Positions 58,025-64,000 of a DNA stretch of 64,000 nt are shown piece after piece. The stretch comes from the human T2T-CHM13v2.0 reference genome, Homo sapiens. The notes under the pieces were generated by a model. The model was not told where the DNA came from. It ran no database searches and was given only the letters and a program-made list of their open reading frames with translations. The DNA is taken from NCBI RefSeq assembly GCF_009914755.1, contig NC_060940.1. One strand, 5' to 3'. The stretch's first letter is position 1. Every line of letters starts with the position of its first letter. Position numbers and translations under genes: made by a program.

Positions 58025-59084
58025 TCAGGAGGATTTTTTTTTCCCTAATGATAAACTTTTTGAACCATTATCCAGCTAATTTGAAACACTTCAAGAAATG
58101 ATTCACTTACGATTCCCCTTGTATGAATATTCTGCAATATCTAATAGAAGTGTCAAGGAAAATTTTTTTCTATGATCTAAAGCTTAAGCTATTTTTTTTT
58201 CCTTAATTTCGCCCCATTAGTCTTACTTTCATCTTGTTCGTGTTAAAAATTTACTCTCCATTTTCAGCCTTGCGCACTTCGGATGTGTTTCTGGAATTAG
58301 TGACCTGGATTAAGTTCTTCTGTCTCTCTCTTGACTTGGCTGCTTCCTTTCCTGTTTCTCTTCTTGGGGCTTTCTCGGGTTTAATTTCATATTTTGGGAG
58401 TTAAAGTGCTCATTCCTGAGTCCAGCAACCCTTCTCGAGGCAGGGATGGATCAAAGCCTGCTTCATTTCAGATGTAGCCAACATTTGCTGGGCTTCCAGT
58501 CACGGTAGGCATCATGCCTATTGCTTTTTGCACACATTGTCTCATTTCATCACCATAAAGGCAGCCCTGTGAGGTGGGTATTATTTTTCTCATTTTAGAG
58601 GTGAAAAAATTGGATCAGATGAGATACCCGAGTTTGAATCTCAGATCTGTCTTATTGACTCCAAATTCTGCTCTATCATAGGGCAGTAAGCCAAAGAAAT
58701 TCTTTTTGGCTGCCATTTAACATTATAAGCTAAGATTTAATTGACTTTTCACTCTAACTCCTGGGTCACTTTTAGAAATGGTGCTTTGGAGGAAGAAACG
58801 TCTTAGCAGATGATGTCATAAATGTTACTTTTTCCCAAATGATTCATGGAAGCAGAAATTATAATATAAATTACAAAATATTTATAAGTAAGCAATAAAA
58901 ACATTTGATATTATAAAAAAAATTTTTCCCTATCAGCTTCTTCCCGAATACCACTCCCCATACATCCTGGTTTCAACTCTGGCTTTCCATGTTGCATTAT
59001 AGGTTATTCATTTGTGTCTAGATATCTTTCTTCTGTGAGTTTCCTTTGATAATTTAGCGATCTTTATCAGTGTTTGCCATGTCT

Positions 59085-59350
59085 CATTTGTGAATTTCAT
59101 TAACAAGCTATTTGCTGCCTCTTTCAGACCATTAATGAAGATGCTAAATGAAACTCAGTCCATCAATCCCTATGCCACCCTGCTGGAAAACTAGGTACTC
59201 AGAGGTTTATGATTATTCCTTGTTCGTGACTCTTGAGCCAGTTCCCAAATCAACTGAGAGTACTTATAGCCAAGCCAATTTCAATTAATCTGCCAGGAGA
59301 ATTTCATGAGCAAAAGCAGCACCTGCTTCTCTAAAACTAAGATGGATCAC
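59085..59350 (-). mobile_element. L3/CR1 reverse-transcriptase-region remnant
   Basis: 'cattaatgaagatgctaaatg...ccctatgccaccctgctgga...gccagttcccaaatcaactg...atttcatgag' resembles antisense CR1 RT. Confidence 0.5.
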
Positions 59351-60076
59351 TTGCATTCACTTAACCTACTAAAATTAAAGTTGTGTCCAAGTAGCAATTA
59401 TGAGACATTACTCTAGTGATAGTCAATCTTTTTTTGAATTTCTGTTTACCTCATATTTTCTGTGACCAAGAGTTGTTTCTTAAATATGTCTAATTTTCAG
59501 TTCTACATTTGAAAATCAATATGATTATTTATGTTCTTTATCTTCATAATTTAAAAGAGGCTTGTGTTAGTGTTATTTGTTTCTTTCTCTACCACAGCTA
59601 ATAATTTTTCTGCCGCAGTTTATACTAGAAAAAATTCTTATGATCAGCATTGTGTAATAAAAAAACATGCAGGCTTTGGATTTAGTAGATTTAGGTTTAA
59701 AATCTCTGCTTCCCCGCTTTCTAGCTATCTGACTTTGGACATATAATAACTTCTCTGTGCCTGTAAAAAGCCTCAAAATAATGTCTATAGCATAAGAAAA
59801 TCTATAAAAATAATAAAAACCATAGGAACAGTAATTTCTACCTTTCCAGTTTTCAGAATGAAGATGAAGATTAGCATTGATGGGATGTAATAAGTAGTCA
59901 ACAAAAGGGAGCCATTATTGAATTGAATTTTTCTTCCTCCTTTGCAATGACTCCTGGCCTACTTACATATTAATATAATTATGTTCCATGAATTAATTTA
60001 AAAGGTAGTGAGAAGTCCAGTAAAAACCAAGAAAGTCTAATATGAAAAAAATCAACCTTGCTAAGAAATTAATGAA

Positions 60077-60389
60077 TTTTTATTTTATTTTATTCATTTT
60101 ATTTTATTTTTTGAGACAGAGTCTTACTCTGTTGTCCAGGTTGAACTGCAGTGGCATGATCTCGGATCACTGCCATCTCCGCCTCCTGGGTTCAAGAGAT
60201 TGTCCTGCCTCATCCTCCTGAGTAGCTGGGACTACAGGCACATGCCACCATGCCCAGCTAATTTTTGTATTTTTTTTAGTAGAGATGCCATGTTGGCCAG
60301 GCTGGTTCTGAACTCCCAACCTCAGGTGAGCTGCCTGCCTCGGTCTCCCAAAGTGCTGGGATTATAGGTGTGAGTGACTGTGCCCGGCC
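60077..60389 (-). mobile_element. AluS
   Basis: (TTTTA)n tail plus antisense Alu. TSD-like tgaatttt(t)atttt. Confidence 0.9.
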
Positions 60390-60391
60390 TG

Positions 60392-61255
60392 AATTTTATT
60401 TTATTTTATTTTTAATTTCAACTTTTATTTTAGATTCAGGGGATACATGTGCAAGTTTGTTATACTGGTATGTTGTGTGATGCTGAGGTTTGGGGTTTGA
60501 TTAATCCCATCACCCAGGTAGTGAGCTTAGTACCAGTACATAGTTTTTCAGGCTCTGTCCTTCTCCCTCTCTGCCCCCTTTTGGAGTCTCCACTGTCTAT
60601 TGCTCTTGTCTTTGTGTCCACATGTATCCAATGTTTAGCTCTCATTTATAAGTGAGAACATGTGGCATTTGGTTTTCTCTTTCTGCATTAATTTGCTTAG
60701 GATAATGGCCTCCAGCTGCATCCGTGTTGCTGCAAAGGACAAGGTTCTTTTTTATGGTTGCATAGTATTTCATGATGTATATGTACCATATTTTCTTTAT
60801 TTAATTCACCATCGATGGGCACCTAGGTTGATTCTGTCTTTGCTATTGTGAATAGTCTGCAACAAACATATAAGGGCATGTGTCTTTTTGGTAGTACAAT
60901 GTATTTTCCTTTGGCTATATGCCCAAGTGATAGGATTGATGGCTTGAATGGTAGTTCTGTTCTAAGTTCTTTGAAGAATTGCCACACTGCTTTGCTTTCC
61001 GCAGTGGCTGAATTAATTTACATTCTCAGCAACAGTGTATAAGTGTTCCCTTTTCTCCACAGCCTCATCAGCATCTACTATTTTTTGATGTTTTATTAGT
61101 AGCCATTCTGACTGGTGTAGGATGGTATCTCATTGTGGTTTTGATTTGCATTTCTCTGATTCTTAGTGATGTGGAGTAGTTTTTCATGTTTGTTGGCCAC
61201 TTGCATATCTTCTTTTGAGAAGTGTATGTTTCATGTTCTTTGCTCACTTTTTGTT
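60392..61255 (-). mobile_element. Old L1 (L1PA16/L1PB-like) 3' fragment
   Basis: Antisense 3'UTR and ORF2 C-terminus. Confidence 0.85.
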
Positions 61256-61371
61256 TTTTATTTATCTTTATTATTTTTTTTCACTGTTTTTTGAAACTTT
61301 ATTAGATCAAACTTTTAGACTACCTTATTGACTAATGTTTAACAAGTTGTATTTTAGTGTATTATTCTACT

Positions 61372-64000
<2,629 letters not shown>

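Overview
This is human genomic DNA: a human-specific L1HS pre-Ta element and an SVA_D are present. The window is AT-rich, repeat-dense and has no recognisable protein-coding exon. Every ORF in the supplied track that I can assign comes from Alu, L1 ORF2, the SVA VNTR or an RPL12 processed pseudogene; the rest look like short chance ORFs. It holds about 26 Alus, several nested L1s, MaLR/ERVL solo LTRs, hAT/Tigger fossils, L2/MIR/CR1 remnants, one full-length SVA and a full-length RPL12 retrocopy. L1, Alu and SVA copies are mostly on the minus strand, which suggests an intron of a plus-strand gene (inference; the gene is not identified). The most notable items are: (1) a ~295-bp inverted repeat of ancient L2-like sequence whose arms are ~92% identical (55208-56764); (2) a twin-primed, 5'-inverted L1HS pre-Ta insertion (27196-27978); (3) an SVA_D with a 20-bp SINE-R deletion; (4) several TE-free, motif-dense candidate regulatory elements. 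Subfamily calls come from remembered consensus diagnostics, and boundaries of old repeats are approximate.
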